A stretch of 64,000 nt of DNA, from NCBI GenBank assembly GCA_965248365.1, contig CBDFJA010000002.1, forward strand, positions 773,171-837,170. The letters run 5' to 3'. The notes under the pieces were generated by a model. That model saw only the letters and a program-made list of their open reading frames with translations, had not been told where the DNA came from and did no database searches. Of this stretch, positions 9,601-18,266 are shown in pieces. This DNA comes from Bryobacterales bacterium. Its GTDB lineage: Bacteria; Acidobacteriota; Terriglobia; Bryobacterales; UBA6623. How positions within the stretch are numbered: position 1 is the stretch's first letter; the number at the start of each line of letters is the position of its first letter. The position numbers and the translations under genes were made by a program.

Positions 9601-12306
9601 GGTGGCCGACCCGCCGTAGCGCAGATCGTATGTTTCGTCCTCCAGGGGGCCGAAGAAGTGCGGGCGGTTGTTGCGGAACACCGAGCTTTCGATGCGGACG
9701 TCCTCGACGTTGGCGGTAGCGGCCTCGAGCCAGACGGCGTAGCCGCGGGTGTGCTCGATGTGCACGCCGCTCAAATGAATCCGCTTGGCCCCGGACTTGA
9801 TTCTCACCGAGGAGTTATCGGACAGGGTGGGGTGCGTGGGGTTGCCGTTGATGCCGGCGGCTTCGAACAGCTCGCCCACCCCGTCGCCGGTCGTGATGCC
9901 CGGGGCCGTGGTGGTGTTGCCGTCGACCGTCAGGTCCTCGAGACCGGAATCTTCGCCCTCGAAGTTGAGCAGCCCGTCCGCCGAGGGGATCGCGGCGCCG
10001 CGGATCAGGCGGGTTCTTGGGCCATGGCCGCGAAGCACTACTTTCGAGGGGATGGTGAGTTTGGTTTTCAGGCGGTAGTCGCCCACGGGCAGCACCAGCA
10101 GTCCTCCGCCCGAGACGGCATCGAGGCCTGCCTGGATGCGGGGAGCGTCGTCAGCGGCTCCTGTTTCGGCAGCCGGGTCGTGGACCGGGACCGGCTCGAA
10201 GCCGGGCTCGAGACCGACAGTGTGCTCGAGCAGGGACCAGGCCCCGGCCACGGCCTGAATATTGCGGTGGCGGGCCTGGATCTGGTAGGTCTTGCCGACC
10301 GTGACGCTGCGGAAGCGGTACTCGGCGGCGGTGCTGGTGGCCAGTATCCAGGGTGGGTCTCCCGCAGCCGGTTTCTCCCTCACCCGGACCTCGGTGTAGG
10401 AGACGGCGGCTGCGGTCCAGCTGATGATGAGGCCGACGGTGACAGCGCCGTCGGGGGCGATCTCGGCGAACTCCTCGGCCTCGAGATTCTCTACCGGCCC
10501 CACGTCGCCCTCGCCCGGCAGGCGGATGATGCGGTCCACCGGCGGTAGGACGAGCGTATCGTCGTAGGTGCCGTCGGCGTCCTCGCGCAGGGTGAGCGCC
10601 ACGGCGCCATCCTCGCGGATGGCTACCCGCTCGACCTCCATGCGGGCCGCGGACAACCCGTACTCGGAGTTGGTGACCGACACGCGGTCGGTGGGAACCA
10701 GGCCGGTGCGCTGGAAGCTGGAGCCGGGCTTTACCGCCATCTCGAGCCGCAGACTCTCCTGCGAGCGTCGCAGGTTGGTGGCCAGCAGGCGGCCGGCGGC
10801 CAGCGGATGGGTGACGTAGGCCAGCCGCACATGGCCCGAGCGCTTGCCGCCGTCGCGATCGAGAGTGGCCTGGGGTACGGTAGCGGGGACCTGGGGCAAG
10901 CTCATCTTGGTCCAGTCGTGTTCCTCGGATTGGGCTATCTCGCCGCTGATGGCGTTGACCCTCTCCTGCAGCGCCGGCCAGGGCCGGATGACGGGCGGCT
11001 CGAGGATGTCCGAGTCGGTGATGGTCATCCTGGGCGTGCGCTCGGAGCCGGGCCGGAAGTGCAGCTTGCCGCGCGACTCGATGACCTCGCCGGCCCAGGC
11101 GGCGTCGAGCTGGTCCTCGACCTGGCTGACGTCGTCGCCCGAGCTGAAGACGCCGTTGACGGTGTAGCGCTTCGAGACGGCGTTCCAGTCCGCGTAGTCA
11201 GCGGGTAGGGGGTTGACGCCGCCATCGGTGGTATCGACCTCTTGTTCGGAGAGGTTGTAGGCGGCGGTGAAGTCGGTCAGGTCAATAGCGTCGGCGGGAC
11301 GGCCGCGGCGCACGGTCTCCCACCAGTAGCGGATGGCGGCGGCATTCTCAGTCGAGGCCGCCGGCGAAGGTTCCTCGGTCCAGTTCGATCCCCCGCTGTT
11401 GGCCTGGGTCGGCTTGTTGGCCTCCGAAGACGTATGAGCCACCGTCGAACGCCATTCTTTGCTGTCATTGGATACGAAATTACCCACGCTGTAGGAGGTA
11501 GCGGTGGCCCAGGTGGTGACCAGTCCGGGCCAGCGGAACCGCAGGCCGTCGACGAGGAACTCCAGATTCGGCACCCGCGTCCAGAGGCGCTCGCTGAGGT
11601 CTTGGTATTCGGGCTGGATGAGCTTGACGTAGACCCAGGAGACCCCATCGAGCTTGTGATTCTCGGTCCAGTCGGGGTAGTGCGTGACATAGGGTTCGGT
11701 GACGGTCTGGTTGTTCTGATCGACGTATTGATGAAACAGGGTGGAGTGAGTAGGGTTGGAGTTGAAGTTCGTGCCGTCGCTCGAGAAGGTGGAGCCGGAA
11801 GGAATAACGTTCGTATGGCGCATGTCGGCGCCCTGGGCGCCGTCGGCCTTGAAGTATTCGTAGACCTCGATGTAGCCGCTGTATTTACTATCGGCCGGCG
11901 GGGTCAGCTTGTCGCCGCCCGCGCGGGCCGTGCGGACCAGCTCGATGGCTTGGCCGTCGATCCACATCTGCCCGTCGATCTTCTCGCAGGACCCCTCGGA
12001 GACGATCAGGCCCATGCGGGCCTCGCGGGTCTGGTTGTTCGAGCCGAAGTAACACAACACGCCGGGGGTGCGGACCTGCTTGCCCACCACCCAGCGGGCG
12101 GGCACGACCTCGCCCTTGATGGTGTGCGTGGGACCGTCCAGCGCCTCCAGGCGTTTTTCGCTGGCGAGCAGCCGGGCTACTAGCCTCGCCCCGAACGAGA
12201 CCGCGGTCAGGGCAATGGAAACCGCGATCTGGGTGGCGGCCGCCGCTGAAACCGTGACGCCGAAAAAGCCCGCAACCGCCGTAACGGCTGTAACCAGGAA
12301 AGGCAT
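6691..12306 (-). CDS. Tail tip/host-specificity protein fused to a right-handed beta-helix (pectate-lyase-like tailspike) and a repetitive fibre, 1871 aa
   Basis: N-terminal tail-hub-like region; Fn3-like segment; DDAPRIQAGLDAVSGGGLLVLPVGDYRL pectate_lyase_3-type start; N/S/G-rich beta-helix repeats; C-terminal 22-aa repeats. Confidence 0.85.
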   Translation of the reverse strand: MPFLVTAVTAVAGFFGVTVSAAAATQIAVSIALTAVSFGARLVARLLASEKRLEALDGPTHTIKGEVVPARWVVGKQVRTPGVLCYFGSNNQTREARMGLIVSEGSCEKIDGQMWIDGQAIELVRTARAGGDKLTPPADSKYSGYIEVYEYFKADGAQGADMRHTNVIPSGSTFSSDGTNFNSNPTHSTLFHQYVDQNNQTVTEPYVTHYPDWTENHKLDGVSWVYVKLIQPEYQDLSERLWTRVPNLEFLVDGLRFRWPGLVTTWATATSYSVGNFVSNDSKEWRSTVAHTSSEANKPTQANSGGSNWTEEPSPAASTENAAAIRYWWETVRRGRPADAIDLTDFTAAYNLSEQEVDTTDGGVNPLPADYADWNAVSKRYTVNGVFSSGDDVSQVEDQLDAAWAGEVIESRGKLHFRPGSERTPRMTITDSDILEPPVIRPWPALQERVNAISGEIAQSEEHDWTKMSLPQVPATVPQATLDRDGGKRSGHVRLAYVTHPLAAGRLLATNLRRSQESLRLEMAVKPGSSFQRTGLVPTDRVSVTNSEYGLSAARMEVERVAIREDGAVALTLREDADGTYDDTLVLPPVDRIIRLPGEGDVGPVENLEAEEFAEIAPDGAVTVGLIISWTAAAVSYTEVRVREKPAAGDPPWILATSTAAEYRFRSVTVGKTYQIQARHRNIQAVAGAWSLLEHTVGLEPGFEPVPVHDPAAETGAADDAPRIQAGLDAVSGGGLLVLPVGDYRLKTKLTIPSKVVLRGHGPRTRLIRGAAIPSADGLLNFEGEDSGLEDLTVDGNTTTAPGITTGDGVGELFEAAGINGNPTHPTLSDNSSVRIKSGAKRIHLSGVHIEHTRGYAVWLEAATANVEDVRIESSVFRNNRPHFFGPLEDETYDLRYGGSATAPGSFGSTEFNALTELADRDPRTAYDITLSSLAQEWTAYLLLPQGQDFWSIEDGNGNEILDQFTDDEVTISGTAYHRYYLSGQAADTDLDLTLVITGDDDANYGAWTGGILASGDGSAYAVRGLQVTDCSFSRSAGNCVWSWAPAFGAYHDSISVVGSSFSDLGLDGVQMGVVHNFAVTGNTFHRVGYQTTSDTDSPTPKYDAGRYAAAIDCSGHCTGVISSNSLRSVNGGSIDLDGMAEGVVSGNTLVIPDSSDPDYANDSIASYGTSNANLTRGINLGRTYSASGSRRLVIADNTLVNQAGGGISLNASRDVLVQGNAIIQPVIAGGNAEFGPIVLSNRGSAASERTSGCTIRNNQIYLNASGHWAVRELDTLYGTANNFQSGDRNQVLGNRVSGGNLGEFKRSPNSDSVSGIEISTNDSAVTQAEQSIIAQEGSGVTAALKVYKSVAGIGTQLVQLQHSNGALQVGPTAGSGSFLTGGRNTPFANDTVYTGHLVSEAFLALKDHGDTGSTYDDSKADLLDDSWGLLRWSKTDDRWEQSVEVDASDERVWEAFRVVAAGSDKQLQFSDDGAMAGDANLTWDKTLKKLTVAGVDATAAIAVSEGYVYSADGFYTTATEGNAVHVPNGGFTGKTCSATDTAGNAIQAPNGGFTGKNCSATSTDWNALQASAGGVRSEKAFYAKSLSSAPTNPGSGYSGLSHKAGDVWRYYNAGWKEIDLSVLDGSGNGDFTTLKISSTAWNALDMYSSGSGSTSGGGIDCRTIGAYQNTYNAIEAVNGGVKAEIMQATSTADGAIWAPYGGVKAKTLRATSTVDNALDMYGSGSGATSGGGIQCRAIAAYQNVGNAIRAPNGGFTGKTCSATSTDGNAIQAPNGGFTGKTCSATSTAGNAIQAVNGGFTGKNCSATSTDWNALQASAGGVRSAKAIYLKALSTGPTNPGSGYGGIAYKTGSTYWFWDGSAWISRDVSNI
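6836..7745 (-). repeat. Coding 66-bp (22-aa) tandem repeats in two blocks
   Basis: GCCGGTGAAG recurs at 6901, 6967 and 7033; unit NAIQAPNGGFTGKTCSATSTDG; about 165 bp of 6836-7000 is re-used at 7575-7740. Confidence 0.9.
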
Positions 12307-12762
12307 TTACGTGAGGACCTCCCACAGATCCGCGATGGGATACACCCGCGCGATCCCCTCGTGCGTCTTCGTCCACAAGGCGCAGTCGGGGCCGATAACG
12401 CCTATCAGCGGGCCACGGATCGCCGCCGGCGCGTGGTCGATCTCAAAGCCCTTGGCCGGCGTCAGCGCGATCATGCCGGGAGAAGGAATCGTGCCCGGTT
12501 TGACACGCCTGAGCAGCGGTTCTTGCTTGATCATCTTGAGCCAGCAGTTCCTGACCGAGCGGTGCTTGCGGGGCGCGCGGCGGATCGCTTCCTGCTCCTC
12601 AAGGCCCCTGGCCCACCCCGGCAGGTCGAACACTGGATCTTGCCCCGACAGCTCCCCGATCATGGCCCGCACCAGGGTGATGCAGTCCCTCTCGCGCCAG
12701 ATGGACGGCCCCAGACCCTCGCGCTCGAGCACATTCCTGATCCGTCTCTCTAGGGCGGCCAT
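12307..12762 (-). CDS. Tail assembly protein, NlpC/P60-like (DUF6950-like)
   Basis: RDCITLVRAM Cys motif; position between the hub gene and the tip gene. Confidence 0.55.
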   Translation of the reverse strand: MAALERRIRNVLEREGLGPSIWRERDCITLVRAMIGELSGQDPVFDLPGWARGLEEQEAIRRAPRKHRSVRNCWLKMIKQEPLLRRVKPGTIPSPGMIALTPAKGFEIDHAPAAIRGPLIGVIGPDCALWTKTHEGIARVYPIADLWEVLT

Positions 12763-13250
12763 CCCGTTTCCACCCCCTTCCGCGCCAGCTGAGCCATGTA
12801 TTCCATGCCCAGATCATCCGCCGTGCGTCGCCTCTGATCCCCGTCGGACCAGTGGCGCGGCTGGCCGCGGTCCACGTCGCCGCGCAGCGTTTCAAGTTCC
12901 ACCGTCAACGACCCGTCCCCCAGCGCCGGCGTCGACAACCGTCCGCTGAAGGAAACCGGCGCCAGGCTCCAGCTCGCTCCCTGGTCGGAGCTGTAGATCC
13001 ATTCCACCTTCACCTTGACCGCCCCGACGTCCTCGAGGAACTGGGTGCGCAGATCCTGGGGAATGCCCGAGAGGGTGATCGTCATCCTGCGGTCGGGCGA
13101 TCCCGAGGAGATCTCCAGCTCGCCCACTGCCAGCGCTTTCCCGCCGCCCTGGTAGGTGTTGCCCGAAAGCGTCAAATCCCCTTGGCCGGTCCACAGCCGC
13201 ACCACCGGCGAGGTCTCGATCGTGATCAGGTATTGCAGCCAGGCCGCCAT
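12750..13250 (-). CDS. Minor tail/hub protein
   Basis: VRLWTGQGDLTLSGNTYQGGG and DLGMEYMAQL motifs typical of siphovirus baseplate hub proteins; position. Confidence 0.65.
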   Translation of the reverse strand: MAAWLQYLITIETSPVVRLWTGQGDLTLSGNTYQGGGKALAVGELEISSGSPDRRMTITLSGIPQDLRTQFLEDVGAVKVKVEWIYSSDQGASWSLAPVSFSGRLSTPALGDGSLTVELETLRGDVDRGQPRHWSDGDQRRRTADDLGMEYMAQLARKGVETGWPP

Positions 13251-13251
13251 C

Positions 13252-13851
13252 CTAGATCGCCTCCTCCCACTCGATCACCCAGGGTCCGCCGAAATCGGGT
13301 ATCCAGGGCGAAGCCAACCCCGCCCCGCGGTCGCGACCCGCCAGCCGCGCCAGACAGGTAACGTCTTCCCACACCACCTCGGGTGAAGAACTGGTCACCG
13401 GCGTTGACGGCGGCTCGGCCTTGAAGGTAGAGCTGGCGTGATCCGTGACCAGCTGGTAGAGCCGGTCATCGATGCGCACGTAGTCGCCGGCCACCAGGCC
13501 CGTTGTCTCGCTGACGGTGATTTCGAGTTCGCCTGAGGAGATCGCGGCCGCGCTCGCCGTCATGGTTGTATCAGCCGCCAGCGTGCCGCTCGAAGGCCGC
13601 CCGATGGGGACCTCGAAGGTGTTCTCGGCGCCCCGCAGAAGAGAGAGGAAGACCTCGACCGCGCGGCGCTGGGCGTCGCTGGCCGTGTCGGTCTCGGCGA
13701 TCTCGAGCCGTCCCGCCCAGTGGCCCGGGCCGCGGCTCAAGACCTGCGACCCCGGACCGTAGATCGACCGCTGCACGGTCTGGCCGGGATGGATCAGCCC
13801 CAGATCCGAGCGCACTATCAGTACGCTGGAGGGGAAAGTAATCAATGCCAT
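13252..13851 (-). CDS. Distal tail (Dit-like) protein
   Basis: First same-strand gene after the tape measure; FLSLLRGAENTFEV motif. Confidence 0.6.
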   Translation of the reverse strand: MALITFPSSVLIVRSDLGLIHPGQTVQRSIYGPGSQVLSRGPGHWAGRLEIAETDTASDAQRRAVEVFLSLLRGAENTFEVPIGRPSSGTLAADTTMTASAAAISSGELEITVSETTGLVAGDYVRIDDRLYQLVTDHASSTFKAEPPSTPVTSSSPEVVWEDVTCLARLAGRDRGAGLASPWIPDFGGPWVIEWEEAI

Positions 13852-13901
13852 GGGCGCCTCTCGGTAACCCGGCGTCCCCGCCGTCCGTCCCCTTGATTGC
13901 G

Positions 13902-14525
13902 ATGAAGATTCCTATGGTGCTCGCGCTGCTTGCCCAGGCGGGTTGGGCCGGGGAAGCCCCGCCCCAAGCAGAAGCCGCCGAAGAGTGCGATCCGTTCGGC
14001 CCGATGGGAACGGGAATCAGGTATGACTGCGGGCAAGAGTGGAAGATTTACTATCACCTTGGGCACAAGCTTTTCGGGGATCGCGTGCACATTTCCGTGG
14101 ATGGCGAGCCCCTGGGCCAAGTCGAGATGTGGTGCCGCTACCGGCCCGGACGCAAGACCTCCAACCTTCACATTGATTTCCATCACCAGCTGGGAGTGCC
14201 TTCTCCCTCCTGGGAAGGTGAGAAATCGCCTTTCCGGGTAGGCTTGTGGGAGAAGATCCTGCCGGCCTCGGGCGAGGGCGAATACACGCTGAAGCATACG
14301 GTCCTCCACTATCCCGAGGCCACCTGCAAAAGCTTGACGCGGGCCTCTACCTTGCAGGGCGCCGAGGCCATCGACATGATCCGCCGGATGTACCATTCCG
14401 AAAGCATCAGCTGGACCAGCCTGCTGATCGACCGCAGCAACACCCGGACCACCGGCGAGTCGTCGAGGAAGGCGCTCGAAGGGTTCATGAAATTCTGCGC
14501 CATCAGTTACGAGCCGCGTCCCTGA
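13902..14525 (+). CDS. Secreted hypothetical protein (moron, antisense to the late operon)
   Basis: MKIPMVLALLAQAGWA signal peptide; opposite strand between the tape measure and Dit genes. Confidence 0.6.
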   Translation: MKIPMVLALLAQAGWAGEAPPQAEAAEECDPFGPMGTGIRYDCGQEWKIYYHLGHKLFGDRVHISVDGEPLGQVEMWCRYRPGRKTSNLHIDFHHQLGVPSPSWEGEKSPFRVGLWEKILPASGEGEYTLKHTVLHYPEATCKSLTRASTLQGAEAIDMIRRMYHSESISWTSLLIDRSNTRTTGESSRKALEGFMKFCAISYEPRP

Positions 14526-17500
14526 AGCGCGAGGGCCGGATGATATCGGCTTGCACTTGGCCGCGCACCAGCCGGCTCACGCGGGTTTCGATCACCGGAA
14601 TAGCCTCCGCCATCGCCGCCCGCACCCCGGGTCCGTCAGTCGATTGGATGTTGAAATCGAAGTGGAAGACGTTGCCGCCTCCGCCCGCTAGCACCGGGCG
14701 CAGTTTGTAATTCGGGATGATCTCGCCCCCCACGCCCGGCACGAACAGCTCCTGTCCCACTTCGCCGACCATGTAGGGCCGTCCCGCCTCGACCGGGCCG
14801 CCACCGGCGAGTTTGATCGACGAGCTGTTGATCGGCACCAGGCTCCCCGCGCTGGCGGGGGCGGAGACCGAAGCGCTAAACAGTCCGCCAATGGCGCCGC
14901 TTAGAAGCCCCGCCACGCGGCGGATCAGCAGCTGCTGGATGGCGATCTTGGCCAGCGCGGCAGCCATGTGCCGCAATACATCCCCCAGGTTCTTGGCGCT
15001 GACGATGGCTTGTTGCAGCCCCTCGGCCAGGGTCTCGGAGATCTGCTTCGCCAGCTCCAGGCGCTGTTTTTCAAGAGCGATCAGCCGCGCCCTGGCGTTC
15101 TCCTCGGCACGCGTGGCGATGTCTCCCCCGAACCTTTTCCGAAACTCCTCCTCGTCCTTTCGCAGTTCCTGTAGATTGTCGATCTTATCTTGCAGGTCTT
15201 GTAGCTGTCCCTCGTCGAGCAGCTTGAGATTCCTGGCCTCATTCTGAAAGCGCTGGAGTGCACGCTCGCGCTCCTCGAGTTCGTTCTTGAGCTGCTGGGC
15301 GGCGCGATCCTCGCCCTGGAGGCCGCGCAGATTCCTGGCGAACTCGAAGCGGTCGTTCTCGGCGGCCAGCTCCCTGGTCCTGGTGCGGAACTCCTGCTCG
15401 GCGGACTTGAGGGAGTTCTTGCGCAGCTCCCCCAGCAGCCTTTCGGCGTCGATCACCTTCTGGAGCGCGGCCGCGTAACGCTGCTGCCAGCCGGTTAGAT
15501 TGTCGAGAGCTGCGATCTGGCGCCCGATGCTGGCAACAGCCTCGGCGTCGCCCTGAAGCTGTGCCTCAAGCAGCCCGCGCTGGAGTTCCTGGCGGCGCTG
15601 CTCGGTTTTTTCAAGCGCCTGGACCGCTCCCTGCTGAAGCTCGACACCCTCGACGGCGCGCCGGATACCCTCCTGGGCCCGCTCGGCCCGGCGCCCCAGC
15701 TCCTGCTCGGAGCCAATGAGGAAGCTCAGATGCGCTCGTGCTCCCTCGAGCGCCGTCTCGCGGGCAGCTTCCTGTCGTGCCAGCGCCTCGTTCTGCTGCT
15801 TGATTCCCTCGGCGTGCTTCTGGCGGGCGATGGCCAGCTCGCGCTCCCGCTCGATGAACTCGTCCTGTTTGTTGGCCGCCGCCTCGAGCGCTGCCCTTTC
15901 CGCCCTCAGCTGCTCGACCTTCTTGTCGGCGGCCGCGAAGGCTCCCGGTACGGCCGCAGCGGCATTGCGCTCCCTGACTGCCCGCGTCAGCTCGCGCTCG
16001 ATGCGGGCCCGCTCGTCGAACAGCTTGTTAGTGACCCTGAATTCGGCGGCCAAGGCGGCCTGCGCTTCTCCCTCGAGGCGCGAGAGCGCGACGGCCTGCC
16101 GCTGTGCCCGCTCCCTCTTTGCCAGATCGGCTTCAATTCCGGCCCCGAAGTCACGCACGATGGGAGCCGGGAGGGGGGCCGCTGCCCGCGCACCTTCCTC
16201 CGCCGGCACCTCAAGCGCCTCCCTGAGCTTCCGCCGGATGGACTCAAGCCTCTTTTCGAGAGGTGTAATGTTTTCTTTAGCCTGCTCAAGCTGTCTGGCA
16301 ACTCCCCGCGCGGCATGACCACCAAGTCCTTCAAGGAGGACTCCCAGCCCCTCGATGTTGACTTTCTGTAATTGGATCTGAAGCTGGATCCGCTTGGCCG
16401 CGGCCTCGAAAGCCAGTGCCTGATCCGCCGCGGAATTCCTGGCTGCCTGAGCGACCCGGCCAGCGGCCTCCTCTACGCCGCGGGCGAATTCCCGGGTCTT
16501 GTCGGTAGCTTCTTCCGCCCGCAGCCTGTAGAACAAAAACGCGGCGCCGGCGGCCAGCAGCCAGCCGCCGGGCCCGGCCAGGGCCGACAAGCCCAACCGT
16601 GCCGCCTTGGCGGCCAGCGTCAGTCCCGCCAACGATCCTGCGGCCAGGCTTACATTCCTGACGAAACGCGCGAACAGAAACAACGAGAAGACGACGGCGG
16701 TTTCCTGCAACGCCTTGATGTTCTCGGTCAGATGGGCGATGGCCCCCACCATGGACTCGACCGCCTTGGGGCCGTTTGCGATCAACTGCTCGTTGAGCCG
16801 CTGGAACTCGTCCGCGGCCGCCGCAACCCCCCTGGCGGCCGCCACCTGGAGCGCGTTCCCCAGGTCGGTGAAACCCTGGTCGAGGTCCTTGAGGGCCCGA
16901 GCCTCTTCCTCTAACACCAGGCCCAAGCGCTGGAAGGCCTCTTGCTGGGCCAGCAGCGCCTCCCGGCCCCGCTGCAGCACGTTGACGAAGGCTACGCCCT
17001 CGGAGTCGAACAGCTGAAAGGAACGCAGTACCCGCTGGGCCTGGCCCTCGGTGTTCTTGAGACCCTCGGCGACGTCGAGCAGCACGTCGTGGGAATCTCG
17101 CAGCCGGCCTTGGGAGTCCCGGATGTTGACGCCCAGCGCCCGGAATGTTCCTTGGAGCTGGGCGTTGCCCGAGGCGGCATCGGCCAGCCGCCGAGTGAAA
17201 CGCTGCAGGCCGATGTTGATCTGCTGGATGGCGAGGCCTTCGCCCTCGAAGGCCCGCTGCAAGAGCTGTACCCGCTCGACCGAGAAGCCCAGCCGCTCGC
17301 TGACCTCGACCAGCTGCGAGCCGAACTGCGCCTGCCGCCGGATGAGAAGCCCCAGGGCGCCCGAGCCGGCCAGCAGCCCGACCGCGCCCCGCACCGAGAT
17401 CATCCGGCTCTGAAACGACCGGAAGCGCTCGCTGGTATTTCGTACGGTGAGTTGCAGGTTCCTGAGCGCCCGTTGCTGGGCCCGCAGTACCGCCGCCGAC

Positions 17501-17580
17501 CGTTTGGCGCCTGCCTCGAGCCTGCTGGTGTCGGCGCCGAAGGCGTAGTACAGCGCCCCGGCCCGTACGCCTCTAGGCAT
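14503..17580 (-). CDS. Tape measure protein, 1025 aa
   Basis: Long Ala/Glu/Arg/Leu-rich helical protein; C-terminal GGPVEAGRPYMVGEVGQELFVP motif. Confidence 0.93.
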   Translation of the reverse strand: MPRGVRAGALYYAFGADTSRLEAGAKRSAAVLRAQQRALRNLQLTVRNTSERFRSFQSRMISVRGAVGLLAGSGALGLLIRRQAQFGSQLVEVSERLGFSVERVQLLQRAFEGEGLAIQQINIGLQRFTRRLADAASGNAQLQGTFRALGVNIRDSQGRLRDSHDVLLDVAEGLKNTEGQAQRVLRSFQLFDSEGVAFVNVLQRGREALLAQQEAFQRLGLVLEEEARALKDLDQGFTDLGNALQVAAARGVAAAADEFQRLNEQLIANGPKAVESMVGAIAHLTENIKALQETAVVFSLFLFARFVRNVSLAAGSLAGLTLAAKAARLGLSALAGPGGWLLAAGAAFLFYRLRAEEATDKTREFARGVEEAAGRVAQAARNSAADQALAFEAAAKRIQLQIQLQKVNIEGLGVLLEGLGGHAARGVARQLEQAKENITPLEKRLESIRRKLREALEVPAEEGARAAAPLPAPIVRDFGAGIEADLAKRERAQRQAVALSRLEGEAQAALAAEFRVTNKLFDERARIERELTRAVRERNAAAAVPGAFAAADKKVEQLRAERAALEAAANKQDEFIERERELAIARQKHAEGIKQQNEALARQEAARETALEGARAHLSFLIGSEQELGRRAERAQEGIRRAVEGVELQQGAVQALEKTEQRRQELQRGLLEAQLQGDAEAVASIGRQIAALDNLTGWQQRYAAALQKVIDAERLLGELRKNSLKSAEQEFRTRTRELAAENDRFEFARNLRGLQGEDRAAQQLKNELEERERALQRFQNEARNLKLLDEGQLQDLQDKIDNLQELRKDEEEFRKRFGGDIATRAEENARARLIALEKQRLELAKQISETLAEGLQQAIVSAKNLGDVLRHMAAALAKIAIQQLLIRRVAGLLSGAIGGLFSASVSAPASAGSLVPINSSSIKLAGGGPVEAGRPYMVGEVGQELFVPGVGGEIIPNYKLRPVLAGGGGNVFHFDFNIQSTDGPGVRAAMAEAIPVIETRVSRLVRGQVQADIIRPSRFRDAARN

Positions 17581-17848
17581 TGCCGCCCCGCTTTCTCATG
17601 TAGGCGTCGCCGGCCATCTGCATCAGAATCATGCCCTGTGTCCGCGCTTTCGCCGCGGCCCGCCTCTCGCGCTCGGCGGGAGTCTCAAGCCACGGCGCAA
17701 AGTCCTCGGCCCGCAACGGCTGGTTGAGCCCGAAGTGAGCGTTCGCCGTCAGAGCGCACAACACGGCCAGCAGCCGTTGCGCGAAGGGATCGCCCGGCGG
17801 CCAGCGCTCGAAGTGCCGCTCCCAGAGAAAGTACTCCGCCGCCGGCAT
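17573..17848 (-). CDS. Tail assembly chaperone, downstream frame (gpT-like)
   Basis: Lies in the -1 frame of the upstream chaperone and is open from the slippery site. Confidence 0.75.
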   Translation of the reverse strand: MPAAEYFLWERHFERWPPGDPFAQRLLAVLCALTANAHFGLNQPLRAEDFAPWLETPAERERRAAAKARTQGMILMQMAGDAYMRKRGGNA

Positions 17849-17886
17849 GCGCAGGACTTCCGCCAGGCCGCGCCCCGTCTGGCGGG

Positions 17887-18264
17887 CTATGAAAAAGGGG
17901 TCGGGTCGGCGGCCTCCTGATCTTGGCTGGTGTCAACGAACAGGTGATCCAGTCCGCACAGGTTGGTCGCCGTCCGCGCCAGCTTGCCCTGCTCGCCGCC
18001 CGAACGCATGATCAGCTTGACCGTGTCTTCCTCGCTGAGCGGCATCCGCAGGCAGGCCCGCAAGGCCTTCTGAGAGGTCTCTAGCAGCAGACTGCCCTCC
18101 TCGCCGCCCTTCCGGAATCTTTCGATCAGCTCTTTCCTGATCCGGCGCGCGACAGCGGCCTCGACCGGTTTCAGTTCGAGCCTTAGTCCCGCCGCCTCGA
18201 GCACTACCGGCTCGTTGATGATTTGGCGGATCTCCTTGATGCTGGAAAACTTCTTCTGTTGTGC
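17887..18264 (-). CDS. Tail assembly chaperone (gpG-like)
   Basis: Between the major tail and tape measure genes; ends ACC CCT TTT TCA TAG. Confidence 0.75.
   Translation of the reverse strand, partial: AQQKKFSSIKEIRQIINEPVVLEAAGLRLELKPVEAAVARRIRKELIERFRKGGEEGSLLLETSQKALRACLRMPLSEEDTVKLIMRSGGEQGKLARTATNLCGLDHLFVDTSQDQEAADPTPFS
17893..17899 (-). promoter_or_regulatory. -1 ribosomal slippery heptamer C CCT TTT
   Basis: X XXY YYZ pattern two codons before the stop; -1 frame reads PFFIARQTGRGLAEVLRMPAAEYF. Confidence 0.8.
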
Positions 18265-18266
18265 CA

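Noticed and set aside
8218-12183. Long plus-strand ORFs (for example 8218-9480, 9658-10548, 11242-12183)
   Set aside because: Antisense shadows of the GC-rich tail gene with no recognisable motifs; the same applies to most overlapping ORFs in the track
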